From NCBI GenBank assembly GCA_050014195.1, contig JBEKDT010000012.1, forward strand, positions 94,181-158,180: a stretch of 64,000 bases of DNA, in the 5' to 3' direction. Positions 17,101 to 26,902 of the stretch are shown in pieces (the first letter of the stretch is position 1; every line of letters starts with the position of its first letter). The position numbers and the translations under genes are program-made. A model generated the notes under the pieces. That model saw only the letters and a program-made list of their open reading frames with translations. It was not told the DNA's origin and did no database searches. The DNA comes from Desulfomonilia bacterium. GTDB taxonomy: Bacteria > Desulfobacterota > Desulfomonilia > UBA1062.

Positions 17101-17700
17101 CACAAGCCTGGTCTCCCAGCCCATCTGGACCCCTTCCTCGGCAAGCTGCTCGGCAAACTGCTTCCCGTGGGTGGCGCCGGCCATGAACACATAGATATTC
17201 TTTTCCTGCAGTTCGCGGGCAATCTTGACTGCGATCTCGTTGGTGGGGGCTGCACCGGTGATGGCGGCAAATCCGGGGGCTGTGCCGTCCACGAATTCGA
17301 TGCCCCGCTCGCGCATGATGACGTCGCTGGCAGCGCCTAGCCATATGCCGTCCACCGGATCCGGGCCGATAAGATACTTGCATGCCTCGATGATTTCACA
17401 TGCAAATAATGTCGCCACGCCTGCATCCAGGGTATTGCCGAGATAGGGCAGCCAGACCTTTTCAGACGGCAGTGCACTCAGCAGGCCTCTGGCCCGAGTA
17501 AGCACAAGACGCAGATCGGCGAGTGTTTCAGCCTTCCGGCCGGTAAAGGAATAGATTATTGGGAGATGATAGGCCGTCTCAGGGAAGGCTACTGCGCACT
17601 GTAGGCCCTTTAGCTTGATGGCCTCATCGAGCTTTGCCTCGGCGCGCGCAACCCAATCAATAGCTCCCTGGATGGCGCTCGAGCAGATGAGCTTAGACAC
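14200..17700 (-). CDS. acsB: Fusion of acetyl-CoA synthase (AcsB) and corrinoid Fe-S protein small subunit (AcsD)
   Basis: N-terminal ~720 aa with A-cluster motifs SCLLCQSFAPNHVC, GLCG, SCGCFE; linker; C-terminal CdhD-like domain (EVTLGAT..IGGDTAMPF..GYGIEYTYSVMERIRL). Confidence 0.93.
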   Translation of the reverse strand: MSKLICSSAIQGAIDWVARAEAKLDEAIKLKGLQCAVAFPETAYHLPIIYSFTGRKAETLADLRLVLTRARGLLSALPSEKVWLPYLGNTLDAGVATLFACEIIEACKYLIGPDPVDGIWLGAASDVIMRERGIEFVDGTAPGFAAITGAAPTNEIAVKIARELQEKNIYVFMAGATHGKQFAEQLAEEGVQMGWETRLVPFGKDVSALIYALGFANRSALSFGNVKPGDFHANLKYNKDRIFAFVLAFGEVDAEKYAAAAGALNYGFPVIADTAIPQILPTGICTYEHVVSSVPYESMVDKALEVRGCKVKITKVPIPVPYGPAFEGERIRKQDTQVEFGGNITPAFEFVTMVGMDEIEDGAIEIIGPDVDQVPQGSALPLAIWVEVAGRKMQTDFEAILERQIHHLINSAEGIWHMGQRDIVWTRISTSGFEKGLRLRHYGEIIHAKFLSNYPAIVDKVKVTLITEKDEVEKRQEIARNTYIERNRRLESMTDENVDIFYSCLLCQSFAPNHVCVVTPERLGLCGAYNWLDARAAYEIDETGPNQPVKKGECTDPVKGVWKGVDDYVYLSSHKTIPSVCTYSIMDRPMTSCGCFEVICAYVPECNGIMAVNREYTGDTPAGMTFSTLAGSVGGGQQTPGFMGCGKVFLTSRKFLFAEGGHKRLIWMTKGLKKMLGEDLKRRFAEQGEPDLLEKIPDESVAIEPHDIRAYLERVKHPAIEMGDIADFARHDTASVESTPRETAREKVVAESVSVSPSQQPDTSYSKDQIAQLKAELIEQIKSEIKQTFAQDIVGDIINVLSNRFPETKLQDQVTAPVNLDKPMDDKPERKVTRPTARERIASIKSLPIRKETCEQGVYEVTLGATNAGGGTRGRTYTIGGDTAMPFLYFEGAMKNRPLVALEVFDKVSPKYPEALRSIWGDLLNDPAEMAKVCVDKYGADLISVRLEGTHPEKGNSSPEEALALVKSVLAAVDVPLIITGHSHFDKINEVMKEVARGCAGENLLLSWVEQENYRTIAGAALAYGHTIVAQSPIDVNIAKQLNILLANMNIPTERIVIDPVTSAVGYGIEYTYSVMERIRLTSLAGDKMLAAPMIVSPGQECAKIKELRAPESDFPAWGDLKDRAALWELSTATSLLFAGASIVIMYHPQAAMALEKTIASLMDGR

Positions 17701-19642
17701 CCAGTTCCCTCCTGTCCTTCATGTCCATAAGCTTCCGCTCGGCCTTTTTGTTGATGCCCAGTTTATCACGCCGCTCATTGATGATCTTAAGTATGGCTAC
17801 CACTGCTTCATGGGGGTCTTCGTGGACATGGAACGATGCACCGAAGAGCTGCTTTGCCTCCTGGTTGAGGAAGTTGCTCACATTCTTGGAGCCCGAGATA
17901 TAGAAGGGATTACCCAGGATGACATCGATGCCCGAGGCAACGAAGTAGCAGCCGATGGCGATGGCCTTTTCACTCATCCACTCAGGCGCAACACCGACCA
18001 CCGGGACATCGGACAGGTCGTCCCCAAGGCCGCCTTCTGCAACGATCTCAGTGGCTGCCTCTAATAACCGGGAGTTATCCACACAGCTTCCCATATGCAG
18101 TACCGGAGGCATGCCCACGGCCTCGCAGACCTCCCGCAAACCGTCACCTGCGAACTCGAAGGCCGCTTCAGGGATCAGGTTGCCCTCCTTGGCAGAGGCA
18201 ATGGCTGCGCACCCTGTCTTCAGGACCAGGATGTTTTCCTTGAGCAGCTCTTTGGTGAGCGTGTTTATGTAGGAATCGAGCTTTGTCTTGGGGTTGTTGC
18301 ATCCGACAATGCCTACCACACCCTTTATGCGGCCCTGGATGATGGCATCGTTGAGCGGCCTGAAAGAGGCACGGAAGGTGCCGCCCAGCATGTACTTGAT
18401 GCTCTCCACACTGAACCCGGCAATAAGCGGCTTGGAATGTTTGGGTATCGCCACCTTCTGGGGGTCCCGGTTCTTATAGTTGTCTATGGCGCGCTTCAGG
18501 AGATCTTTTGCAGTCTCATAGGCATGTTCGGTATTGAAATCTGCTTCCGTGGCACCGATGGTATGAGCCATATGGCTGGTGGAGACGATTTGTGTATGGT
18601 ACGCTTTTGCCACATCCGGCAGGGAAGGCATGCAGCACTGCACGTCGATGAGCATCATCTCCACCGCACCGGTGACAATGGCCAGCTCCTGCTGCAGGAA
18701 ATTGCCCGCAAGCGGGATGCCGTGACGCATCAGGATCTCGTTGGCTGTGCAGCATATCCCGGCGAGCGTTATGCCATCAGCCCCAGAGAGTTTCGCGTAT
18801 GCCTTTATCTCAGGGTCAACGGATGCTGCAGCGAGCATCTCGGAAAGGGCAGGCTCATGGCCATGGACAAGGACATTCACCGTGTGCTCTCCTAAGATAC
18901 CCAGGTTTGCACTGCTGCGGACAGGTGTCGGTGTGCCGAAGAGTATATCGGACACCATGGAGGCGATGCGGGAGCCACCCCAGCCATCTGCCAGGGCCAG
19001 ACGGAAGGCATGCATGAGGATGCTCCGGTAATCGTGATCCACACCCATGTGCGTACGGTGCATGGCCTCAACAACCATACGATCGATCCCTTGCGGCTCC
19101 ACATCCCTTTTCTGCCAGAGCCCCTGGCGATTCAGAGGGGAGAGCTTCAGGGTCTTGAGCTTGTCTTCCTGGGAGGTGTATTCGCCGATCATGAGTTCTG
19201 CAAGCCTGGCTGCCAGCTCAGGGATAGAAAGCCCCTGGTCATTAAGCCCATAAAGCTTTGCGATATTTTTTAAGGCTGCTTCATCCTTGATGGTGTAGCC
19301 TCCGCCCATTCCCAAAGCGATCTTTTTCAGGAGCAAAACGAGGTGCCTGCCATGGTCCGAGTGGGCCGCAGCACCTCCTGCCACCTCGCGCAGGAAATTG
19401 CGGGCTGCGATGGTGTCTGCATCCGCCCCGCATACGCCGAGAGGAGCCTTTGCAGTGATCCTGCACGGGCCCATGTGGCATATCCGGCAGCACAGGCCCT
19501 TGGTGCCGTAGGTGCACTGGTTCTTCTGCTGATCTATGCGGAAAAAACTCAAGCCAATGCATTCAAGCTCGGCCTTTCGTATGGTCTCAATTGATGCCGG
19601 ATCGCAGGCCCTTTCTTCAGCCGATTTTCTGGTGCTATCCAT
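17693..19642 (-). CDS. cooS: Anaerobic Ni-CO dehydrogenase catalytic subunit
   Basis: CCRICHMGPCRI, HGHEP, GICCTANE, DVQC, GCNN, GSCVDN, MSEKA. Confidence 0.96.
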   Translation of the reverse strand: MDSTRKSAEERACDPASIETIRKAELECIGLSFFRIDQQKNQCTYGTKGLCCRICHMGPCRITAKAPLGVCGADADTIAARNFLREVAGGAAAHSDHGRHLVLLLKKIALGMGGGYTIKDEAALKNIAKLYGLNDQGLSIPELAARLAELMIGEYTSQEDKLKTLKLSPLNRQGLWQKRDVEPQGIDRMVVEAMHRTHMGVDHDYRSILMHAFRLALADGWGGSRIASMVSDILFGTPTPVRSSANLGILGEHTVNVLVHGHEPALSEMLAAASVDPEIKAYAKLSGADGITLAGICCTANEILMRHGIPLAGNFLQQELAIVTGAVEMMLIDVQCCMPSLPDVAKAYHTQIVSTSHMAHTIGATEADFNTEHAYETAKDLLKRAIDNYKNRDPQKVAIPKHSKPLIAGFSVESIKYMLGGTFRASFRPLNDAIIQGRIKGVVGIVGCNNPKTKLDSYINTLTKELLKENILVLKTGCAAIASAKEGNLIPEAAFEFAGDGLREVCEAVGMPPVLHMGSCVDNSRLLEAATEIVAEGGLGDDLSDVPVVGVAPEWMSEKAIAIGCYFVASGIDVILGNPFYISGSKNVSNFLNQEAKQLFGASFHVHEDPHEAVVAILKIINERRDKLGINKKAERKLMDMKDRRELGV

Positions 19643-20420
19643 GGACCTTCTCCCCTGCAAAGGATAACTGTTCGATAAAGCCGGAAATCGCAGCCATTAT
19701 CGGATTGGATGCACTCAGGGTCTTCATGCTCCTGCCTGTCTCGCCTGCAATCGCCAACTCAGTGTCGAACGGCAGCACGAGCCGATAATCAGCCCCGATC
19801 TCTTTCATCAAGGCAGCTGCACCCTCCGGTATGGCCCCGTCTCTTGCGAGGTTTACCACAACTGCGAGGCGCTCGTATACAATGCCCATTTCCAAGGCAA
19901 GGTCATAGAGCCGCTTTATGGTCAGGATCCCCCGCTTTGAAGGGTCGCCGACAATGATCATAAGGTCAATCTTCTGATAGAGACGCCGGGAAAGGTTTTC
20001 AAGCCCGGCTTCATTATCGATGACAATGAAGGGATAATGCGCGGATAGCTCCTTGATGACATCGCTGAAGAGGTTGTTGGCATAGCAGTAACATCCGGGG
20101 CCTTCGGGCCTGCCCATGGCGATGAGGTCGAAGTCGTCCGCTTCCACCAGGCTCTCAGCGATCCTGACTTCAACCAGTTCCCGCTTGGATATGCCGCTTG
20201 ACTGACCAGTGCTTGATTCCCGGCTCTCTTCCCGGATCTGCCCCACGGTCTTTTTTACTTCCACGCCGAGCGCCTGATCGAGGCAGGCGTTGGGGTCGGC
20301 GTCTACGGCGAGCACAGGGCGATGACCCTTATTGATAAGGCAGGTGATGATGGCTGCTGCAATGGTAGTCTTGCCCGTCCCGCCCTTGCCGGTGATTGCT
20401 ATGGTGTACCTGTTAGCCAA
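19635..20420 (-). CDS. cooC: CooC/AcsF nickel-insertion ATPase
   Basis: GKGGTGKT, DADP, GPGCYCYAN, DNEAGLE. Confidence 0.9.
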   Translation of the reverse strand: MANRYTIAITGKGGTGKTTIAAAIITCLINKGHRPVLAVDADPNACLDQALGVEVKKTVGQIREESRESSTGQSSGISKRELVEVRIAESLVEADDFDLIAMGRPEGPGCYCYANNLFSDVIKELSAHYPFIVIDNEAGLENLSRRLYQKIDLMIIVGDPSKRGILTIKRLYDLALEMGIVYERLAVVVNLARDGAIPEGAAALMKEIGADYRLVLPFDTELAIAGETGRSMKTLSASNPIMAAISGFIEQLSFAGEKVHG

Positions 20421-20434
20421 GGCGGTGCATACCT

Positions 20435-21538
20435 TTAGAGCTGAAGTACGCCATGGGCATGCAGGGAAAGATCTCTCAACATGCCGAAAACCAATTCACT
20501 ATCGCTCACTAAAAGAGATCCGGTGCCGCAGGAAGGGGTGATGAGGGATTGATCCAGGACCTGGTGCTTTTCAATATGCGCCTTTGTACAGAGGTTATCG
20601 ATAGTGTGGATGAAGCGGTTCATCAGTGAATCCACATCCTGCTCACGAATGGCAGGTGAGGTCGGGACTATCCCCCATGCAATCAGCCCTCCATGAGCGA
20701 TAAACCTGCTGAGCGCGTCGGGATACAAGGCAATGGATTCCCCGTATCCGAATGCATCGAAATTGATCAAATCGACACCTGCATCGATGAGTATGGTCCA
20801 GTCTGTGTTCCCGCAGCAATGCACACCGGCAATGGCATTCTCGGCATGGATGGCCTGGACCAGCTCGTCTATGAGAGCAACCACTTCCTCGCGTTTTACC
20901 GAGATGTAGGTGGAGGAACCGAAGGCAGAGAGGATGGGTTCATCGATGAAGCAGATGAGCTTGTCCGCATAGGGTCGGAACTTCTGTATCTGCCAGCAGC
21001 ATTTCATGGCCAGCGCCTTGACGATGACATCGCGGAACTCTTCGTTATAAAAGATCGCCCGCTTGTTTTCATCCACAACGGTCAATGCAAAGGAGCAGGG
21101 ACCCGTGTTCTGGACCTTTACAAAGGGATATTTCGCCCCTTTTGTCTTCAGTAGGTCTTCAAATCCGTAAAGACCCTTCGCAAAATCAGGGCTGATCGCC
21201 ATAGCCGAGCAGTCTCGGTTCCCCTCGTCCGGATCGAGGGCGGCCATATAGGATTCGTAGAAGGCGGCAAATTCTTCGGAGTAATCTCCCGATGTATCAA
21301 AATACAAGCGGCCCTTTTCACGATCAATAACCGCTTTGGGCATGCCTTCGGAAAACTGTATCTCCATCTGCTCATTGAGTGAGCGCTTGGGCAGCTGGGG
21401 CCATAGCGGAGCGTCCGGTAATGTATTGAAGACAATATCCAGGGCCTTTCCCGGATCGCTATGGGGAAAGCTTCCAATGGCTGTTGCTATGCATTTTGTT
21501 TTGATTGCCATGTCTTTATATGTGTCATTCCCGGCCAA
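20435..21538 (-). CDS. Core (folate-independent, MesB-like) methionine synthase, MetE C-terminal domain only
   Basis: IGSFPH, WPQLP, FIDEP, Zn ligands HCC..D..TPSCG, WGIVPT. Confidence 0.75.
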   Translation of the reverse strand: MAGNDTYKDMAIKTKCIATAIGSFPHSDPGKALDIVFNTLPDAPLWPQLPKRSLNEQMEIQFSEGMPKAVIDREKGRLYFDTSGDYSEEFAAFYESYMAALDPDEGNRDCSAMAISPDFAKGLYGFEDLLKTKGAKYPFVKVQNTGPCSFALTVVDENKRAIFYNEEFRDVIVKALAMKCCWQIQKFRPYADKLICFIDEPILSAFGSSTYISVKREEVVALIDELVQAIHAENAIAGVHCCGNTDWTILIDAGVDLINFDAFGYGESIALYPDALSRFIAHGGLIAWGIVPTSPAIREQDVDSLMNRFIHTIDNLCTKAHIEKHQVLDQSLITPSCGTGSLLVSDSELVFGMLRDLSLHAHGVLQL

Positions 21539-21632
21539 CTCCGCCGAAGCAATTTATATGGCTGCGAAGGCTGGACGGAAGCGGGAATCCAGTATTTTCT
21601 GCTCCTTATGGTCTTCTTTAGAAGTTTGTTTT

Positions 21633-22418
21633 CTACAGTAATTTCTTGACAATATCAGCAAAGAGACCTAGCAGATTATCATCAAGATTGTCAATTGCCG
21701 ACTTCCCGTCGCGATCGTTGCCGAGAATGGCTTCAGAGTAAGGGATATAGCCGATTATTTCAGTTGCATCCAGTTCGCGTCTGATCAGATCTTCATCAGA
21801 GAGGGACCTGATCTTATTGGCAATGACCTTGATATTCCTGATGCCGATATCGGATGCCATGACAGCAATACGTTTATACGATTCAATGGAACGGGTGCCC
21901 GGTTCAACGACCACGATGAAGGAAGTGACGCCTCTTGCCGTAGCACGTCCGAGATGTTCGATGCCAGGCTCCATGTCCAGAAACAGAATCTCGCCCCGGT
22001 GAAGGACCAGATCCTGTACAAGTGCCTGCAGGAGCACATTCTCCGGGCAGGCACACCCGGAACCGCCCGATTGTATGGCCCCCAATACCACAAGATCAAT
22101 GCCCCGGTGATGATAGGCATAGGTATCGGCAATATCAGCAACCTCGGGGTTGAGCTTGAATATCTGACCATATTGTTGAACCTTGGCCCCGGTCCGCTCT
22201 TCGATGAGCCTCTTGTGCTTGGCAATCGTGACGATGTGCTTTTGTGATTCGATCGGTATACCCAGTGCTGAAGCCAGATTGGCATCAGGATCTGCATCTA
22301 TGGCCAGGACCTTGTTCCCCTTTTGTGCGGTTAAGAGTGCCAGGGCGGCGGTAATAGTGGATTTTCCGACCCCGCCTTTACCCGTTATGGCAATCTTTTG
22401 TGCACGCCGGTTTTCCAT
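21633..22418 (-). CDS. cooC: CooC nickel-insertion ATPase (second copy)
   Basis: GKGGVGKS, GSGCACPEN, DMEPGIEHLGR. Confidence 0.9.
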   Translation of the reverse strand: MENRRAQKIAITGKGGVGKSTITAALALLTAQKGNKVLAIDADPDANLASALGIPIESQKHIVTIAKHKRLIEERTGAKVQQYGQIFKLNPEVADIADTYAYHHRGIDLVVLGAIQSGGSGCACPENVLLQALVQDLVLHRGEILFLDMEPGIEHLGRATARGVTSFIVVVEPGTRSIESYKRIAVMASDIGIRNIKVIANKIRSLSDEDLIRRELDATEIIGYIPYSEAILGNDRDGKSAIDNLDDNLLGLFADIVKKLL

Positions 22419-22482
22419 GAGTTTTTGAGATCTACGACATATTACCCTTTATCGTCAATATCGATGGTATCCGCGGTCAGAA

Positions 22483-23550
22483 TCATCTTAAGGTAATGGC
22501 CTTTTCAGGACAGATTTCCTGGCAGCAGAAACAGGAGATACACGAATGGACGTTTACCTGCGGGATGTTCTTATCCATGGACAATGCTGATACGGGGCAC
22601 TGGTCCATGCAGGTGCCGCACCCCGTGCACAATTCGGGATCAGCCTGCGGCCGCATGATCATTCGAGTATGGATCAAAGCCTGCATCGCTTCATTATGGA
22701 GAATCACTTCTCCGCCAAAGGAGGGGAGCTTGAAATCGTTTAGTCGCAACAACTCACCGATCACTTCTATGGTACTGAGCTCGTATTCTCCGAGGCCCAC
22801 CTCTTGAGCCTTCCGTAAGAATCGCAGCCTGCTCGGTTCGCATCCCATCATCGTTGCTATGATGGCATCGAGGGCCACGGCGTTGTCAGAGGCCAGGATC
22901 TGGCCGATGTCCCTAAGGTCGGGGGAAGCCGGGCCATTGCCTTCCATACCGACTACGGCATCGACGATGAACAGATCCGGTACCCTTAAGCGGAACACGT
23001 CGACGAGCATTTCATGAAACCGTTCTGCATTACCTGCTGCCTTGTGCAGCATAGCCTTCTGGGCACCCGGTAGAAAGCCATAGTTATTTTTGATGCATCC
23101 TGTCATGACGGTTAGCCCATGGGTCTTGAATTTCGGCAGGCTGATGATGATATCGGCATCCAGCACAGCCTGAGAGATGCTTACTATGGGGGCGAATGCG
23201 AGATTGAACTCGACCTTCTTTGAATCGTTCCCGATGTTTAGATAATAGCCTTTGGCTGCTTCCATGAGGCCGGTCTTTTGAAAACTTTCCTCGTTTGCCC
23301 CATAATTGAACAGGCCAGGGTTGTCACCCACAACGATTTCACCGGGCCGCATGGCCTCTACCTTTTCCACTACGGCCCGAAGCACCGCAGGGTTGGTGGC
23401 GATACCTTCTTGCGGCAATGAAGCCCGAAGCACATTGGGTTTTATCATAACCTTCTTCCCGTGTAACTCTAAGGGGAAGAGCTCAAAAGATCTGTCTACA
23501 GCCTGGTGTACATTCTCATAAGTTGCAGGATGGATCATTACTTTTGCCAT
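22483..23550 (-). CDS. DUF362 domain protein with C-terminal 2x[4Fe-4S] ferredoxin
   Basis: IKPN, PKFKTH, GMEGNGP; CTGCGTC..CP and CISCFCCQEICP. Confidence 0.88.
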   Translation of the reverse strand: MAKVMIHPATYENVHQAVDRSFELFPLELHGKKVMIKPNVLRASLPQEGIATNPAVLRAVVEKVEAMRPGEIVVGDNPGLFNYGANEESFQKTGLMEAAKGYYLNIGNDSKKVEFNLAFAPIVSISQAVLDADIIISLPKFKTHGLTVMTGCIKNNYGFLPGAQKAMLHKAAGNAERFHEMLVDVFRLRVPDLFIVDAVVGMEGNGPASPDLRDIGQILASDNAVALDAIIATMMGCEPSRLRFLRKAQEVGLGEYELSTIEVIGELLRLNDFKLPSFGGEVILHNEAMQALIHTRMIMRPQADPELCTGCGTCMDQCPVSALSMDKNIPQVNVHSCISCFCCQEICPEKAITLR

Positions 23551-23553
23551 GGT

Positions 23554-24504
23554 TTAATCCCTCTCGGTATGATTTTTATCAGCCATCCCCCCGGTGAATA
23601 GACGTAAAAAGACCTTGGGTATCGGTGTTTCAAAACGCAGTTCTTTGCCGGTCATCGGATGCCGGAATGCAAGGACCCGGGCATGAAGGCCGAGACGTTT
23701 CATCGGGTTTTCCCTGCCGCCATATTTCTTGTCACCTATTATGCTGTGGCCAAGGTCTTTCATATGGATACGGATCTGGTTCTTACGTCCTGTTTGAAGT
23801 TTCACCTCCAGCAGCGAACAGATAATATTTTTTTTGATCACCCGGTAATGGGTTATAGCTTTCTTGCCGTCTCCGGGAGTAGGGCTGGAGTACACGACAA
23901 GGGCCTTGTTTTCCTTCAGCCATGAGGTGATAGTACCGTGCTCCTGTGGTATAAGTCCCTCTACAACCACAACATAACTTCGTTCAATGACATCTTCATC
24001 CCAGGCATGTTGCAGCAGTTGTTGTGTTTCTTTGTCCTTTGCGAACATCATTATTCCTGAAGCCTCTCGATCAAGACGATGAACCACGAAGATGCGGCCC
24101 TTAGGGTTTGTCTTTTTTAACTGGTCACTCAATATCCTAAAAGCGGTCCGTTCATTTTCTTTCTCCGTGGCAATGGAAAGCAACCCGGGAGGCTTTTCAA
24201 TTACTATTAAATAAGGGTCCTCATAGAGTATCTTCATCCCTCTGTGGGGGCTTTCCTGCAGCACCTTTGACCAGTTTATTACTACCTGCTGGCCCGGCTT
24301 AAGCCGATGATTGAACTGAGTCGTTACTCTATAGTCCACAGATACCTGATGATGTGCCAGGAGAGACTTGATCGTCTTACGGCTTTTATCAGGCATCTGA
24401 TCGAGCAGATAGTTCATGAGCTCGGCGGGCTCCACAACCGTAAAAAAAGTCTGCTTGACCTTTCCTCCTGCAGGCTTTAACCCATTCCGAGATCCGTCTA
24501 TCAT
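23554..24504 (-). CDS. RluA-family pseudouridine synthase
   Basis: VHRLDREASG catalytic motif, TGRKNQIRIH, GDKKYG; start uncertain. Confidence 0.92.
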   Translation of the reverse strand: MIDGSRNGLKPAGGKVKQTFFTVVEPAELMNYLLDQMPDKSRKTIKSLLAHHQVSVDYRVTTQFNHRLKPGQQVVINWSKVLQESPHRGMKILYEDPYLIVIEKPPGLLSIATEKENERTAFRILSDQLKKTNPKGRIFVVHRLDREASGIMMFAKDKETQQLLQHAWDEDVIERSYVVVVEGLIPQEHGTITSWLKENKALVVYSSPTPGDGKKAITHYRVIKKNIICSLLEVKLQTGRKNQIRIHMKDLGHSIIGDKKYGGRENPMKRLGLHARVLAFRHPMTGKELRFETPIPKVFLRLFTGGMADKNHTERD

Positions 24505-24654
24505 GATTTCCCTTGTAAGAAGACCTTTCCTGTATTCTCTATCAGGGCTGTTCTTTCTATGTAAGGGGAAAAACGTCAAATAAAAGAATTCACGACTACA
24601 AGAAAAACACGGGTGATATAATTATCATTCCTGTGTTTTTTTTGGAATTCTGTT

Positions 24655-26478
24655 CTATTCCATAACCACGAGCATGCGGCAGTGGGTGCAATCAAAGGCA
24701 AGCCTGAAGCGGCGATGAGAGTTTTCGATAAAGAGGGGCTCAGCAAGACGCGCAGGGGTTTTCGCTCGGAGACATGCTGACAGGCAGCGGCGCACGCAGT
24801 GTTTGGTGGTCATGATGACGGTCCCGGGCACAGGCCCTTGCAACTCAAAGGCAGGTTCAATGGCGGATACGCCATGCTTCCGGTAGAACTCGCGTGCGGC
24901 CCCATTGCTGATGTTATAGCTGTAGTCAAGCTCTATCACAGGGTATCGGACCTTGGAGTGCGACATTGACCGGCGTGTGAGCCGCTTATAGGTTTGAGCA
25001 CGGGTAGTTTCCAGTTTGGCGATGAGTTCGCGGCGTAACCTGTTAAGCTCGGATGTGCGTAGGAAATAGGGCTTGGTCTCCATCTTCAGGGATGCAAGGT
25101 AAAACATGCTGCTGGCCAGCTTGGAAAGTTGTTTTTTTATGGTATCCATAGCAGCTTCGGGTTTTTCAGCCGGTTCCTTGGCGATAGGGAGGGTGATGGA
25201 TTCCTGTATGCCGTCTTCATCAATGCCCTCAAGCTCAAAGCCATTCTGGGTCTGACGAAAAGTGAGATACAGGGCAATCCTGCGCACAGCGGTAAGACTT
25301 TCAAGCTGCTTGAGAAATTGATGGTCATGGTTGCGGAAGATTATCATGCCGGGCCTGAGTCCATTTAACGACAGATGTACCTTGACATGTTTGCCGATCA
25401 CCTTGACCACCTGCAGGCCCTGGAGTTCTTTCTTCTCGTCAAGAAAGCACAAACCATCTCCCGGGTGAATGGCATCGGCTCCTCCGGCCAGTTCGAACCA
25501 GTTCGGACCGCATTCTGTGACCGTTCCGATTTCCTCACCAATAGACTTGGGCGTATCAGGCGACCAGATGCCGTGGGTATCACCATTGAGAAGATAGTTG
25601 GTGGCGCCACGATGAAATGTTTTACAGGGGTTGGGGGTGAAGAAAATCTCGGTACAGCCGCTGGAGGCGCGTTGTAGATCGGCCCGGGTATTAAGAATTG
25701 TATCGATCCGGGTGCGGTAAAAGGCAGTGACGTTCTTGACATAGGCGATGTCTTTTAGCCGGCCTTCGATCTTAAAGGCGGTGATGCCCGAGGCGATTAG
25801 ATCGGACAGATAATCACTGCGATCCATATCCTTGAGACTCAGGAGATGGCGGTTATGTTCAAGCACTCGCCCTTGACCATCAATAAGGGTCCATGGAAGC
25901 CGGCAGGGCTGGCCGCAAGCCCCTCTGTTGGCGCTCCGACCGCCCAGGGCGGCACTCAAGTAGCAGCGGCCGCTGTAGCTCACGCAAAGGGCACCATGCA
26001 CGAAGGCCTCTAGTTCGATGTTAGTATTCCTCCGGATTTCATCGATCTGATGCAGGGAGAGCTCTCGTGCAAGGATGACACGATGGAACCCGATCTGTTC
26101 CAGAAAACGGATATGGGCGGCATCGGCGTTGTGCATCTGTGTGCTGGCTATAAGCGGCAGGGGCGGCAGATCGAGCTCGAGCAGGCCCATGTCCTGGATA
26201 ATCAGCGCATCTACTCCGGCCTCCCAGGCCTGTCGGGCAAGTGTCTGGGCGGCTTTTAATTCATTATCGAAGAGGATGGTATTAAGTGTTAGGTATGCTT
26301 TGGCCCTGTAGAGATGGGCATATCGGGAAAGCCTTTCGATGTCTCTCATGGGATTACCGGCTGCAGCACGGGCGCCGAAGGATGGACCACCGATATAGAC
26401 TGCATCCGCACCGTGATCTATGGCGGCCCTGCCGTATTCAAGATCTTTGGCCGGCGCAAGGAGTTCTATGGGTGTCAT
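24655..26478 (-). CDS. U32 peptidase-family protein with DUF3656 (RlhA-like rRNA hydroxylase)
   Basis: ELLAPA, HGALCVSYSGRC, SANRGACGQPCR, KIEGR. Confidence 0.9.
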   Translation of the reverse strand: MTPIELLAPAKDLEYGRAAIDHGADAVYIGGPSFGARAAAGNPMRDIERLSRYAHLYRAKAYLTLNTILFDNELKAAQTLARQAWEAGVDALIIQDMGLLELDLPPLPLIASTQMHNADAAHIRFLEQIGFHRVILARELSLHQIDEIRRNTNIELEAFVHGALCVSYSGRCYLSAALGGRSANRGACGQPCRLPWTLIDGQGRVLEHNRHLLSLKDMDRSDYLSDLIASGITAFKIEGRLKDIAYVKNVTAFYRTRIDTILNTRADLQRASSGCTEIFFTPNPCKTFHRGATNYLLNGDTHGIWSPDTPKSIGEEIGTVTECGPNWFELAGGADAIHPGDGLCFLDEKKELQGLQVVKVIGKHVKVHLSLNGLRPGMIIFRNHDHQFLKQLESLTAVRRIALYLTFRQTQNGFELEGIDEDGIQESITLPIAKEPAEKPEAAMDTIKKQLSKLASSMFYLASLKMETKPYFLRTSELNRLRRELIAKLETTRAQTYKRLTRRSMSHSKVRYPVIELDYSYNISNGAAREFYRKHGVSAIEPAFELQGPVPGTVIMTTKHCVRRCLSACLRAKTPARLAEPLFIENSHRRFRLAFDCTHCRMLVVME

Positions 26479-26644
26479 GTCAAGTCATCTAGTACAAGCC
26501 AATATTGCATGACAATACCCAATCCTGGTGCAGGACCAAGAGAGGGTTATAAATATTATCCGGGAGTTGTTTTTTTTAAATTTTATCAAATCATTTTTTT
26601 ATACAAATCTTGCAAACGATTTTATAGAGCCTTATTGATAATGT

Positions 26645-26902
26645 GTGAATAAAAGACAAATGAGAGTACTTATTGTAGTTGTTGTATTTATACTGATAAT
26701 GATACTGTTCCCACCGTTTCATGTCGTGTATGCCCCGGGAATTGTTATATATGAAGGTTATCATTTCCTGTATAGCCCGCCTAGCTTTCAAGGCAGGATA
26801 GTTGCATCAGTAGATATAAGATCGCTATTTGTGCAATTATTTGCCGTGATCGCCCTTGCATCAATGCACCTGTATATTGTCCGTGACAAGCCTAAACAGT
26901 GA
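26645..26902 (+). CDS. Small two-TM hypothetical protein
   Basis: 85 aa; MILFPPF...GYHFLYSPP pattern. Confidence 0.6.
   Translation: MNKRQMRVLIVVVVFILIMILFPPFHVVYAPGIVIYEGYHFLYSPPSFQGRIVASVDIRSLFVQLFAVIALASMHLYIVRDKPKQ

Noticed and set aside
14578-21641. Long plus-strand ORFs over the acs cluster (also those over hcp, rbbA and the hydrogenase genes)
   Set aside because: Antisense shadows of well-supported genes.
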